Assembly (NCBI GenBank): GCA_009602725.1
Contig: WELB01000014.1
Location: forward strand, 603,555-650,313
Direction of reading: 5' to 3'
Source of the DNA: Spirogloea muscicola
Lineage: Eukaryota
DNA length: 46,759 nucleotides
Shown: in pieces, positions 25,059 through 42,519 of the stretch
How positions within the stretch are numbered: position 1 is the first letter of the stretch
Layout: each line of letters begins with the position of its first letter
Program-made: the position numbers and the translations under genes
Notes under the pieces: model-generated
The model's database searches: none
Seen by the model: only the letters and a program-made list of their open reading frames with translations
Told to the model about the DNA's origin: nothing

Positions 25059-25589
25059 TTCTTTATCCTCTATGCACCTGGCTGGCCATTATATCCGCAC
25101 GTTTTTCTGGAGCCCGACGGCAACTGCTGCGTTGCCGCCGTCCGACGCCACGCCCACCGCGACGCCTGGCTCGTCCGTCCCGTTGAACGGGCGCGCTGCT
25201 GCAGACTCCTCCCCGGGCTGGCCTTATCGCCGGGCGTCAGACGCAGCCTCCTGAGCACACCTTCACAGACACAGCTCTTCCAAATCCATAGATGTCCCGG
25301 GCGCAGGGGCCGCCCCGCCAGCTGCGGCCATGCCGGCACTGCCGACGGCTCTGCAAGGCTCGGGGATGCTTAGCGATAACGAGCGCTCCCGCGCGTATCA
25401 TGATGTTGCTGAGAATCTGCAGAGCAGGGCGCAGCGATAAGAGAATCATTCCAGACGCCACGGCCAAGAGCAGCGTGCTGGACACTGGAGCGTAGAGTGG
25501 AGGAATACAACGGTCCAGGACTTGGGCCCCGATCCCGCTCACTGAACCCACGGGCAGGAGGCAAACGACCCGTCGGCTTATAGGAAGAG

Positions 25590-26735
25590 GGGGGCTGTCG
25601 CTCCGATACCAAAGCGCCATCCTGGGCTAATCAATTTGACACTGTGCTCACCGATAACGAGGTTGCAGTGAACCACTTGTGTCTGGCGGTCTGAGAAGAG
25701 CTCAAACTCTCCTTCCTTCTGCTGTCACGGACTTGTCACTCCCTGCATGCCCACTGAGGACCTTAGAGGACTCTTCCTTAATACAAAAACACGAACTCCG
25801 TAGCGCTCCAGCAGGTTTGAGGCACTGCCGGGGATTATCTTGGAGAACCTCTCCCCAGAACCATGTTTCTCATACTGGGCAGCAAACCTGCTGGGCTTCC
25901 GCATTGCGCGCCACCTCCATTCTCCTCCAAAATTCTCAGAGTTTGTGGAGATGCTCAAGTGTGAGCAGGACAATCGCCAAGAGATGCCTATTGTGCCCTC
26001 CAAATTGTCCATGCAGGTGCTCAGCACTAGCTCGCTGCTCGGTTTGAACAGGCCAGTGGTCCTCAAGCCCAGCACTTTAAAGCAGGCCAGATGTCTGTAG
26101 TCCTAAAGCCCAACCCTCCACCATCATGAGCTGAGGTGCTATTCACATCATGGCTTGAAGCTGTAATAGTAGCAGCAGATAAAGTATTGCAAGCAGGCTT
26201 GACCACAGCCTCCCTACGCATTTGAGGACTTCGATGTGGCGATGCTCGTGCATGGTGGTCCCTGGCGGCTCGGACTCGGGCCTGCAGCGGTCTGAATGAA
26301 GGTTTGCTGAGCTTTGCAGGAGAGGCCCTCACCAAACGTCACCCTCTCCATCAGCACCAATGGCTTGAGCTCAGGTCACTAGTGCAGTAACTTAGCCACC
26401 TCGTGCATCTGGGTACCAGTAGGGTCCACATCATGCTGCGGCCACAATTGCTGACGCCCCTCGTTGTGCACTTAGGCTGGAGTTGATCTTGCACCCTCCC
26501 CTTAGGCCGCCCATTCAGCCAACTTCTGTCTGCGGATTGCCATGCGCCCGCAGCATGGATGATGACAGATTGATCAGGCTTCAACGGGAAGCGGAAGACC
26601 GTAGCCGTATCAGTCCTTGTAGAAACTGGACAATTCTCACAGCCCTCGCCCCTTTTGGAAAAGCTGCTTCGCTTAAGGCCCACAATGATGCTGCTTGGGC
26701 GCAACCCAGGATCCACAGTGGGGCGTAGCCCCACT
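25590..26735 (+). pseudogene. Degenerate coding-like segment, copy A of a diverged tandem duplication (unknown product)
   Basis: Colinear with 26782-28240 (shared blocks such as gctccgatacca, cttgtcactccctgcatgccc, ccaccatcatgagctgaggtgctattcac, tagccacctcgtgcatctgggtaccagtagggtccacatcatgctgcggccacaattgc). Broken protein-like frames with stops and frameshifts. Confidence 0.5.
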
Positions 26736-26781
26736 ATNGTTGGGTGGGGGGGGGGGGGGGGGGGGGGGGGGGTGGGGGGGG

Positions 26782-28240
26782 CTGTTGCTCCGATACCATA
26801 GCGCCCTGCTGGGCGAATATGTTGGGGTTGGGCACCGTTCTACTGATGCCGAGGATGCGTGTATATTAAGAGATGGGGAGGCCATGTGTGGCCAAGTACA
26901 AAGGCAAGCACATTGGACAAATGTACGTCACGAGGATGCAGTGGTTCACTTGCGTCTGCGGTCTATAAAGAGCTCAAAGTGTCCTTCCTTTCGCTGTCAC
27001 GCACTTGTCACTCCCTGCATGCCCCCTGAGGACCTTAAATGACATCCTTGAAGCGAGGCAACAAAAGTCGTGGCGCTCCAGCAGGTATGAGGCACTACTG
27101 GGCACCATCTTGGAGAACTCCTCCCCACAAGCCATGTTCCTCATATTGGGCACCAAACTGCTGGGCTTTCATATTGATTGCCTCCTCCTCTCATCCTCCA
27201 GACTCTTAGAGGTTGTGGAGATGCTAACCGTGCGAGCAGGACAATCGCAAAATACGCCTATCTGCCCTGCAAATTACCCATGCAGGTGCTCAGCACCAGC
27301 CCGCTGCTCGATCTGAATAGGCCTAAAGCCCAATACTCAAAACCAGGCCAGACGTTTGTAGTCCTAGAACCCATCCCTCCACCATCATGAGCTGAGGTGC
27401 TATTCACGTCATGGCTTGACGCTGTAGTGGCAGCAGGAGATAAGGTAGTGCAAGCAGGCTTGACCGCAGCCTCCCTGCGAATTGAGGACTTCAGTGTGAC
27501 GATGCTCGTGCATGGTGGTCCCTGGCGGCTCGGGTTCAGGCCTACAGCCAACTGTTAAGGCTTGCTGAGCCTGCATATCGTAGTCACAATGCTGAGGAGC
27601 TGTAACAGCCGTCCCCCCCCCCTCTCTCGTCGGGCGGGCCAGATTAATTCAGGTCCCCTAAGACTCGGCAATTGCGATAGTTGCCAATTGTAGCTGGCCT
27701 ATGTAGGGCCTGTTATTGCTGCGTTCACCTTTCCTCTTCACCGACGGAAAGAGGGTGTGCGCATGATTGGAGCGGGGTTTGTGATGTCGACCATGGCGGC
27801 CTGATCTGATGTCCAGGTTTTTCCAGCTCGACACTTAACTAGAGGCCCTCACCAGATGTCACCCTCTCCATCAGCACCAATGGCTTGAGCTCAACTCACC
27901 AGTGCATGTGTAAGGTAGCCACCTCGTGCATCTGGGTACCAGTAGGGTCCACATCATGCTGCGGCCACAATTGCAGACGCCCCCTCGATGTGCACTTGCG
28001 GCTGGAGTTGAACTTGCATTCTTCCCTTAAGCCGCCCATCAGCCATCTTCTGTCTGCAAATGGCGCGCACAGCATCGATGATGACAGATTGATCGGGCTT
28101 CAACAAGAAGCAGAAGACGGTAGCTGTATCGGTCCTTGTAGCGATTGACCATCTCACAGCCATCGCCCACTTTGGAAGAGCTGCTTCGTGTAAGGCCCAC
28201 AATCATGCTGCTTGGGCGCAGCCCAGGTGCACTGTGGACG
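26782..28240 (+). pseudogene. Degenerate coding-like segment, copy B, carrying two later insertions (26859-26930 and ~27576-27840)
   Basis: Alignment by eye to 25590-26735. Frames such as RYEALLGTILENSSPQAMFLILGTKLLGF and EVLFTSWLDAVVAAGDKVVQAGLTAASLRIEDF. Confidence 0.5.
26850..26939 (-). mobile_element. 72-bp retroelement 3'-end insertion flanked by a 9-bp target-site duplication
   Basis: cgaggatgc at 26850-26858 and 26931-26939. The insert is absent from paralogous copy A and resembles 16230-16292 (ggccaagtacaaaggcaa..cattg). Confidence 0.7.
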
Positions 28241-28454
28241 CGTAGAAGCTTACTGCGTGGAATGCCACCGTGATGCCATTTGTGGGGGCCTCGGAATGTG
28301 GCCACCCGCGGGCAACCGGCGGGCAGCTGATGCGGTGCGGTATGCCTGCAACCCATCGGCTCCTGGTGGAGCTGCTGCTAATGGTTGGAGCCGCTCCTCT
28401 TTTTGAAGAGCTTCCTTACCTCAATCTGCGGAGTGGAGGATCTAGTAGTTGTGT

Positions 28455-28960
28455 AGAAACAGCTCTTCCAATGTAAGGCAATGGCCAGCCCCGAGGAATG
28501 TAAAGTCGAAGGACTCTTCCAGTAAAGGGCGATGGCTGTGATGGTCAGCCCAGAAAGTGTGAAATTAGTGCTAACGGGCCAGAAAAGCAACGAAGCATGT
28601 ACAAGCACAAATATCTGTACACGCATTGTACAAATCGTACAATGCCCTGAGAAGGTGCCGGAAGGGCGCACAGGTGGAGCGACGCAAAACGCGGCGCGGG
28701 CGCCGTACTGGCGCCCGTGGCCCGTCCGAGGCCTAGAGGAGTACGTCGGCCTAGCGGGTGGGCGCAAGGGGGGGTTTTGGAGGAAGTCAGTGCTCGCCCA
28801 TTGAGGATAGGGGCTGGAAAAGCCAGCCCAAAAAAGAATGAATAGAGTACGAGAAGGGGGCCAGGGGAAGCGCTAAGATGAACAAGCACACAAAGAAACA
28901 AAGCAGCTACGAATCACTCAGTAACCCCTGACAAGCAGCCGCAGATTAGAGATGCTAGGG
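28455..28960 (-). mobile_element. Head-to-tail stack of RLE retroelement 3' ends (minus strand)
   Basis: 28959-28918 encodes PSISNLRLLVRGY*, followed by a 3' UTR closely matching 24667-24795. Two further modules end gggctgaccatcacagcc..actggaagagtcc and ggggctggccattgcc..attggaagagc. Confidence 0.75.
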
Positions 28961-28961
28961 A

Positions 28962-29550
28962 GGGAATTTATTGGGCAGCTAGTCTGTCGGATTTGAGGCT
29001 TCCTCACTCGTAATTACTGAGTGGTCCATCATTCCCCTGTTACTCTGTTCATTCTTTTTCGGGCTGGTTGTTCCAGCCCCTATTCTCAATGGGCGAGCAC
29101 TTTCTTCCCCCCGTACTGCCATCGCTTCTTCAGGCCCCTTCTTCTTGCCCTAGACTTTAGTTTACCCTAGACTCTGCCTGAACAATGTGTCGGCCTGAAT
29201 TGGCCTCCATTTCATTTCATGCGCCCCGCGCGCCTTCTCTTCTCTCTTGCCCCTTCGTAGCTGCTAAGCGCTTTTGGGCCCCTTCGGGCCCCTTCCCCCT
29301 CTGCACCGTCTTGCACTTTGTAGTGTAGTCCTTTTTCCCCTATCCTCAACAAGCAATAGCTTTTTCAGTGTAGTCCTTCTTCTTCTTTTTCAGCACCTCT
29401 TTCTTTGGCTTTAAACATTGTTTTTGGGTTGGCTTTGCCAGCCCCCCTTTAACTTCTCAATGGGCGAGCACCTTCTTTCTTCGAACCTTTTGTCAATTCT
29501 TCTCGGGCTGGCTTTTCACAGCTCTTGCCCCCATTGGGAGTGCCACTACT
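28962..29550 (+). mobile_element. Head-to-tail stack of RLE retroelement 3' ends (plus strand)
   Basis: 28975-29020 encodes AASLSDLRL(fs)LTRNY*. Terminal modules at 29061-29100, ~29335-29355 (partial), 29426-29471 and 29505-29547. Confidence 0.7.
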
Positions 29551-29853
29551 TCGTTTCAAAATTGGGACCGCCGATTATGGGGCCACGGCCCTTCAGCACA
29601 CTTGTGCCCATGAACCCACCTGCCGCGCTGACGATGATTCCCCATAACCCCCAGAAGGCCTCAAAACACCCCCCCACCGTCTGGTAAATAGGCTGGGCCC
29701 TCACAGGCCCCCCCCATTTCGAGGGGGGGGCCGCTCCTGGACCGCACGACCTGCCGACCAATGGGGCAGGCGCCGGCGGGTCCCACAACTTGGACGGCCA
29801 GATCGTTCCCGACCAATTATCGCACGGCGTCGGATTCGGAGCAGCGAGAGCTC

Positions 29854-29863
29854 GACACGTGGC
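29854..29863 (+). promoter_or_regulatory. Extended G-box (GACACGTGGC), with CCAAT motifs nearby, upstream of the BIC-like gene
   Basis: Exact sequence gacacgtggc. gaccaat occurs at ~29756 and ~29811 in the GC island preceding the BIC-like ORF. Function is inferred. Confidence 0.4.
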
Positions 29864-30288
29864 GCTCCGCCGCAGGGCAGGGGGGCGCCCCTTCAGGCAG
29901 TTATTCCTGGGGTGCAAGGCTCTCGCCGCCGGCGGGGAGGCGGACAGTAGGGGCCCCCATTTGCCGGAGGCGAGGCGGCCTCGCCTCATTTGGGAGGGGT
30001 AGGGAGGAAGGGAGGAAGGCGCTAGGCTCAGGCTCCATTCCCTCGTCTACAATCCCCGCTCCGCCCGCCGGCGCCGCCGCCGCCGCCGCCGTCGCCAGCG
30101 CCAGCGCCAGCGCCATCGCCAGCGCCAGCGCCTTCGCCAGCGCCAGCGCCGCCGCCGCCGCCGGGTCCTCTTGTGGTGGAAGACTGCCAGGCGGGGAGGC
30201 GCCGCCGCGGGCGAGCGAGCGCACCGCTCACTGAGCCCCTGTCGGCCGCCGCATCGGCCGCACCGCGCCGCCTTGCCAGCCGCAGAGA

Positions 30289-30581
30289 NNNNNNNNNNNN
30301 NNNNNNNNNNNNNNNNNNNNNNNNNNNNNNNNNNNNNNNNNNNNNNNNNNNNNNNNNNNNNNNNNNNNNNNNNNNNNNNNNNNNNNNNNNNNNNNNNNNN
30401 NNNNNNNNNNNNNNNNNNNNNNNNNNNNNNNNNNNNNNNNNNNNNNNNNNNNNNNNNNNNNNNNNNNNNNNNNNNNNNNNNNNNNNNNNNNNNNNNNNNN
30501 NNNNNNNNNNNNNNNNNNNNNNNNNNNNNNNNNNNNNNNNNNNNNNNNNNNNNNNNNNNNNNNNNNNNNNNNNNNNNNNNN
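30289..30581. other. Assembly gap (N run); other gaps/artefacts at 5441, 15540-15649, 26738-26781, 35891-36296, 41835-41978 and 46637-46759
   Basis: N runs, and homopolymer runs mostly abutting Ns, within GC-rich first exons. Confidence 0.95.
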
Positions 30582-30836
30582 GCCGCGGCGGCGCTGCCCG
30601 ACAGCCGCGGCCGGATGGCCGCGCACCGCGCCAGCTGCCGCGGCAAGGTCTTTGTGCCGGAGGAATGGCTGGCTGGCCACGCTCTACTCGACTGCGTCGG
30701 CTGGGCGCCGCTGGAGGCCGCGCTGCGCCCGCCGGAGCTCGCGCTCGCCCGCGCCACGCTCGTCACCGAGCAGAAGCAGCGCGCCTCCTGTGCGCGCCTC
30801 CTCGGTGCCGACCGCCAGGGCATCGACGTGACATGA
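30582..30836 (+). CDS. BIC: BIC1/BIC2-like protein (blue-light inhibitor of cryptochromes), C-terminal cryptochrome-interacting domain; start hidden in or before the N gap
   Basis: DSRGRMAAHRASCRGKVFVPEEWLAGHALLDCVGWAPLEAALRPPELALARATLVTEQ aligns without gaps to the recalled BIC consensus GRERLKxHRxExAGRVWIPExWGQExLLxDWxDxxxFDxxLxPxGxxSARxALVEE. The visible part has no introns. Confidence 0.7.
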   Translation, partial: AAAALPDSRGRMAAHRASCRGKVFVPEEWLAGHALLDCVGWAPLEAALRPPELALARATLVTEQKQRASCARLLGADRQGIDVT

Positions 30837-31539
30837 GGTGCTCCCGGAAGTGTGACGCCGGCAGAGCCAGTCTTGACAGCCGCTCCCCTTGCTGCGTGTC
30901 GAGAATACCACCATTGCCACTCCTCGCACGTATGCGATAGAATGTCTCCTGCAGCCTGGCAAGGCAACCAGGTGCCGGCCTGCCCTGCATTCTGACATCC
31001 CACATTATGCAGTAAAGCGCAGTCCCATAGTGGCAAGCCGTTAGCAGCCATTGCCAGCTGCCATTGTTAGTTCCTCATTATCTTACATTATGCACCTAGT
31101 AAGTAGGACATTCTTTAGGCTGGTGGCCCCGCGAGCCTGTACAGGAATGCAGGCTGGAGCAGGCCGCAAGGAAGCCCCTTTTGCTTATCTTGGTGAATTG
31201 TCGGGGTGATCCAGGCGCGGCCGCTCAGGCCCGCTATCCCCCCACTGCCGAGAGCGGGCGGTGTAAGGTGGTGAAGATACACTTTGACCAAATGTATTCG
31301 ATGACACATGGCAAGTAAAACCCTGTCACATTATTCTTTATGACGCCCATATGGTTTGCGCTTGGCTCTTCAAGCGACGAGTATCTGCTGCTCTTTCATC
31401 ACACCAGATCTGCACTCCAATTCCTGGTGTGCAATCAATGTAAGTACAATTATCATGCAGAGCGCCCCCACTCAGAGTCAACTGCACAGTCTCCCTGGCT
31501 TGCTCACACGGCATGCTCGGGAGGTGGCCTTAACAGATG

Positions 31540-31855
31540 GCGACAATGTGAGGCCGCCTGTGCAAACTGGACTGACTTTCAGACCTTGTCAGAACAGTGC
31601 AGAGAAAGCCATGCATGTTGATGGCCAATGGTGTGTAGGCAGTGGGATGCCAGGTGCAGCACACCCTAGATGGTTGATGTGACCTGACATAGTAACAAGA
31701 GTTCAGCTCCTAATTGCCAGATAAGTCCTGTCTTCTTGCTGTCTTGCGCGTCACATTGGCCGGCCCTGCCGGAAAGTTGCTCGGTAGGCTAGCTTGCCAA
31801 GGAATGCGACTGAAAACACACGAGCGACTAGCCATCTGTGTTGAATACATTATGG
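31540..31855 (-). pseudogene. Decayed duplicate of the COQ2 terminal exon and 3' flank
   Basis: 31765-31850 resembles 32886-32972 (shared taggctagcttgccaag; RWLVARVFSVAFLGKLAY vs KWLGAIDFTGTVLGKLA*). 31545-31668 resembles 32670-32793 (cctgtgcaaa, atgttgatggccaatg, gatgcca..gcagcaca). Confidence 0.6.
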
Positions 31856-32905
31856 AGCACCAGGATCGAGGCCGCCACCGCCTCCACCAAAGGGCTGCAG
31901 CACTAGCGGGTCCCCCTCGCACGCCCATAAGTAGCGCTGACAACATCACTTACTAAAAACGAAGGCACTTATGACCATATTGCTCAACTAACTCCTCTTT
32001 CACTCTTCTGGTTTCGCTGGGGGAGTTTGAAGGTGGGAAGAATGTGAGCAGCTGATGAGAAGTTTTGGCAGGCCCCTCCCAGCCTGAGGCTTGAGTGAAG
32101 TACAAGCAGCTATGTACCCATCTTCATATGCACCTGGCTGGCCTTACACAGCTGTACTTTGGCATCAGCAAGCGCCATCTCCAAGCAGCAGAGACTTACT
32201 TTGGCCACTTCGGATGCCAGGGAGCAGCAGCCCTACTCGTGGCGCACGCAGTGGCAGCTAGGGCCAGCTGGGATTGTTGTGCTCCACTGCATCTGCAACC
32301 ATGCGAGTCTCCATGCCATCTTGGACTGGTGGCCACCTGGAGCCTGCGCAAGGAAGCAGGCTCCAGCAAGCTGCAAGTAAAACACTTGCCATTCTTGTGG
32401 GACACGATCACATTGACCAAAGGATTCGTGCTTGATGGCAAGTGGAGCCTTGTCAGATTGCAACTGCGGTGCCTCCAGGGCGCGTGATTGACTCTACTCT
32501 GAGAGTGACGATTGATTGATCTGACACTCACGCGATTTACTCGCGCAGCCTGCAAGCTTTCAGTTTTGTGAAATGCATCCGACGCAATCAAGCATGCTGC
32601 GCCCCCACCGAGAGTCACTGAGTGAAAGTGCCCGGCTTGCCCACCTGGCATGCTCGAGAGGCCGCTTGAGCATTGTGCGGGGCCACCTGTGCAAAGCTGG
32701 ACATCACCACGCGTGGTGCAGCAGAGGAACGCGCAGAGAATGTTGATGGCCAATGAGGTGTGGGCATTGCGATGCCAAAAGCAGCACAGCTTACTGCAAC
32801 CACTACTTTGAATCAGTGGATTCAGGTCTTCCTTGAGAAATCACAGTACAGTCAACTTGCTATCTTGCTTGTTGATGATGAACAGGTCCTGCCAGAAGCT
32901 GCTCG

Positions 32906-36012
<3,107 letters not shown>

Positions 36013-36296
36013 NNNNNNNNNNNNNNNNNNNNNNNNNNNNNNNNNNNNNNNNNNNNNNNNNNNNNNNNNNNNNNNNNNNNNNNNNNNNNNNNNNNNNNNN
36101 NNNNNNNNNNNNNNNNNNNNNNNNNNNNNNNNNNNNNNNNNNNNNNNNNNNNNNNNNNNNNNNNNNNNNNNNNNNNNNNNNNNNNNNNNNNNNNNNNNNN
36201 NNNNNNNNNNNNNNNNNNNNNNNNNNNNNNNNNNNNNNNNNNNNNNNNNNNNNNNNNNNNNNNNNNNNNNNNNNNNNNNNNNNNNNNNNNNNNNNN

Positions 36297-37210
36297 TGGC
36301 GCAGCGGCAGGCAGGCGGCGCCGGAGGGCCTGGCGCTGCCGGCGGCAAAGGCGCCGCTGGCGCTGCTGCGGGCTCCGGCCCGAGTCTGCGGCACCGCAGA
36401 GTCGCCGCGCAGGTGCGGCGAGCTGCCTCACTTAGCCCTAATCCTGACCTAATCTAATAGAGGTTCACAGCCAGGCATAATCAGTCCAATTAGTGAATCC
36501 ATTAGCAGATTTGGGCAGAACCCCGACGCCCTCGCCCACTTGGCAAGCGCAGGTCCGGCAGGTGCTAGTCGGGGAGCTACAGCGTGGCGCTCTCCGCGAG
36601 GTCCTGCTGCTGCAATGCGGGTTTCGCGTCGAGGACGTAAGCAGTTGTTGCCATACTTGCCAGTCATCCCCAAGTTCCTCCTCTGATATAGTCATGAACA
36701 CTCTCTGTATGCACCTGGCTGGTTATAACAGCCGCTCTTGTATGTCATCGGCAGCCGAGGTCCGAGATCCGATGCAGTTGTATACAGCTGGGTCCAGCCG
36801 ACCCCAGAGCTGGAGGTTGTCAATGCTGCGCAGGTGAGGGTGAGCAGCGACCTCCGCAAGGCGTTCATAGAGTACACCACGCTGCCACGCGCAAGGGGGG
36901 CTGCCGCCGTGCACCTGCAACGGCACGCTGGCCGCCTTCGTTCCCAGGTGGGCATCAACTTCCATGCTCCTCCGACTGGCAGACCTCTGCGTAAGTCTTT
37001 GCAGCTGAATGCCAGTATCTGCATGTGCCGATTGTCGATCTTACAGTTGCTTATGAGGGTTGGCAGATATTCAGTGCCCTGGCAGTGCCCTTCTCCCCCA
37101 TGCTGGAGTTCAAGGAGAGGGGGACTAATCTGCCACAGGAGCAGCTGGATGCAGCCTTTGATCGGATCCACAGTGAAACGGAAGACAATAGCAAGACAAG
37201 GGAGTGCTAG
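36297..37210 (+). CDS. rbfA: Ribosome-binding factor A (RbfA) family protein, divergent, probably organellar; start in assembly gap
   Basis: Spliced reading with GT-AG introns: SLRHRRVAAQ / VRQVLVGELQRGALREVLLLQCGFRVED / VRVSSDLRKAFIEY..HLQRHAGRLRSQ / IFSALAVPFSPMLEFKE..LDAAFDRI..*. This matches the RbfA pattern RxxRVxxxI..VxxVxVSxDLxxAxVY..LxxxxGxLRxxL..PxLxF. Confidence 0.7.
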
Positions 37211-38045
37211 ACATATGTAATTTCAGTCTGAAAGAATAGGTTGTGATTGTTGCTCATGGAAGCTTCTACTTTGTGTCTGATCAGCAGCTCTTTGAGCCTG
37301 ACACAGATGTGCCTTTGGTTAAGTGCAACTGGCGAGGACACCTTACTTGTATGTAGTATTCTTTTCCTCTCAAAGCGAAGTCCCAGTCCTTGCAGTGGTC
37401 CTCTGGCAATTCTCCACAAGTCTCCTGACAATGATTGAACGATTGTACTGCTTCAAGCAGCCGTGCAGCTTCGTCGTGCTGTGCAACCATGCTATGTCTT
37501 CCTAATTGAGATTGCTTCCTTGCCTCGTACTTGAGAGCTGGGATTCCAAATGTGAGCTCAGAGGAAATGGAATGATGTTGCGTGGATGCTACTGCCTGCT
37601 GTGTGCCAAGTGCTGCATGTGATTATGAGGGAATATGTCCCTGTGAGGCTGGCTGCCCGGGCCTTAACAATGCTGAGACCCCCCTGCCCCTTCTACCAGA
37701 ATCCCCGCAACTGTGTCCAGCATGAGAGTGCTTCTGTGAAGCTTGAGCTGTTGTGTTTCACAGAAATTCCGACGCTGAGCAAAGGGTGCGGTGAGAACCA
37801 GCTGTTAGCATTTCAATCTTTGAAGAACTTGATCAGACCTGACCCAGTCCAAGTCCCACTTCAGTGTCACAGGCGAACCTAACAGCAGCCTATCTTTTGT
37901 TTGTCAAGTAGGTTTCAGCTGGCCTCCGATCGTGTCAATCTGCAGGTTTTGCACTCCAGACATTTGACGAGAAGAGGCGTGTATAGCCAGTGGGAGCCAA
38001 GTGCACATCACATTGGCAGAGTACAGTATGTCGCTCCTTGAGGGG

Positions 38046-42113
<4,068 letters not shown>

Positions 42114-42519
42114 GGCGCCCGCCGCGGCGGCGGCGGCGGCAGCGGCGGCGGCGTAGGAACGTGGGGGAGCCCAAAAGCGTGGCCGAATTGCCGCCCCAAC
42201 AGCTTCCAGTCGTAGCGCTTACTGGGACAGTCTATCACGGCACCAAATCTCGACTTCTTCCAATCGCCCCTAGCGATTTCAAGTACACGAAATTCTTCCT
42301 CAGCGTCCTCTGGTCGTATCTAGCCCTTCCGAAGTCGTCAAAGTGGTCATGCAGTAATCACGTTTCATAATGCTGCAAGATTGTCATCATGCGGCTTCAA
42401 AAGCCTTTCTTTATCATGAGCGCTCCAACACAGTCGCCCACATCAGAGCTTCGACTTCCAGGCCCACATCAAATACTTGAGCTGAAGAGAAGCAACGTCC
42501 ACATTGTACACGCAACGAA

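Noticed and set aside
26738..26781. Poly-G tract as a G-quadruplex
   Set aside because: It is adjacent to an N at a contig join and is probably an artefact.
28962..29035. Hammerhead or HDV-like ribozyme in the repeat modules
   Set aside because: No CUGANGA/GAAA core, and I could not build the HDV nested pseudoknot. The segment is explained as ORF C-terminal coding sequence.
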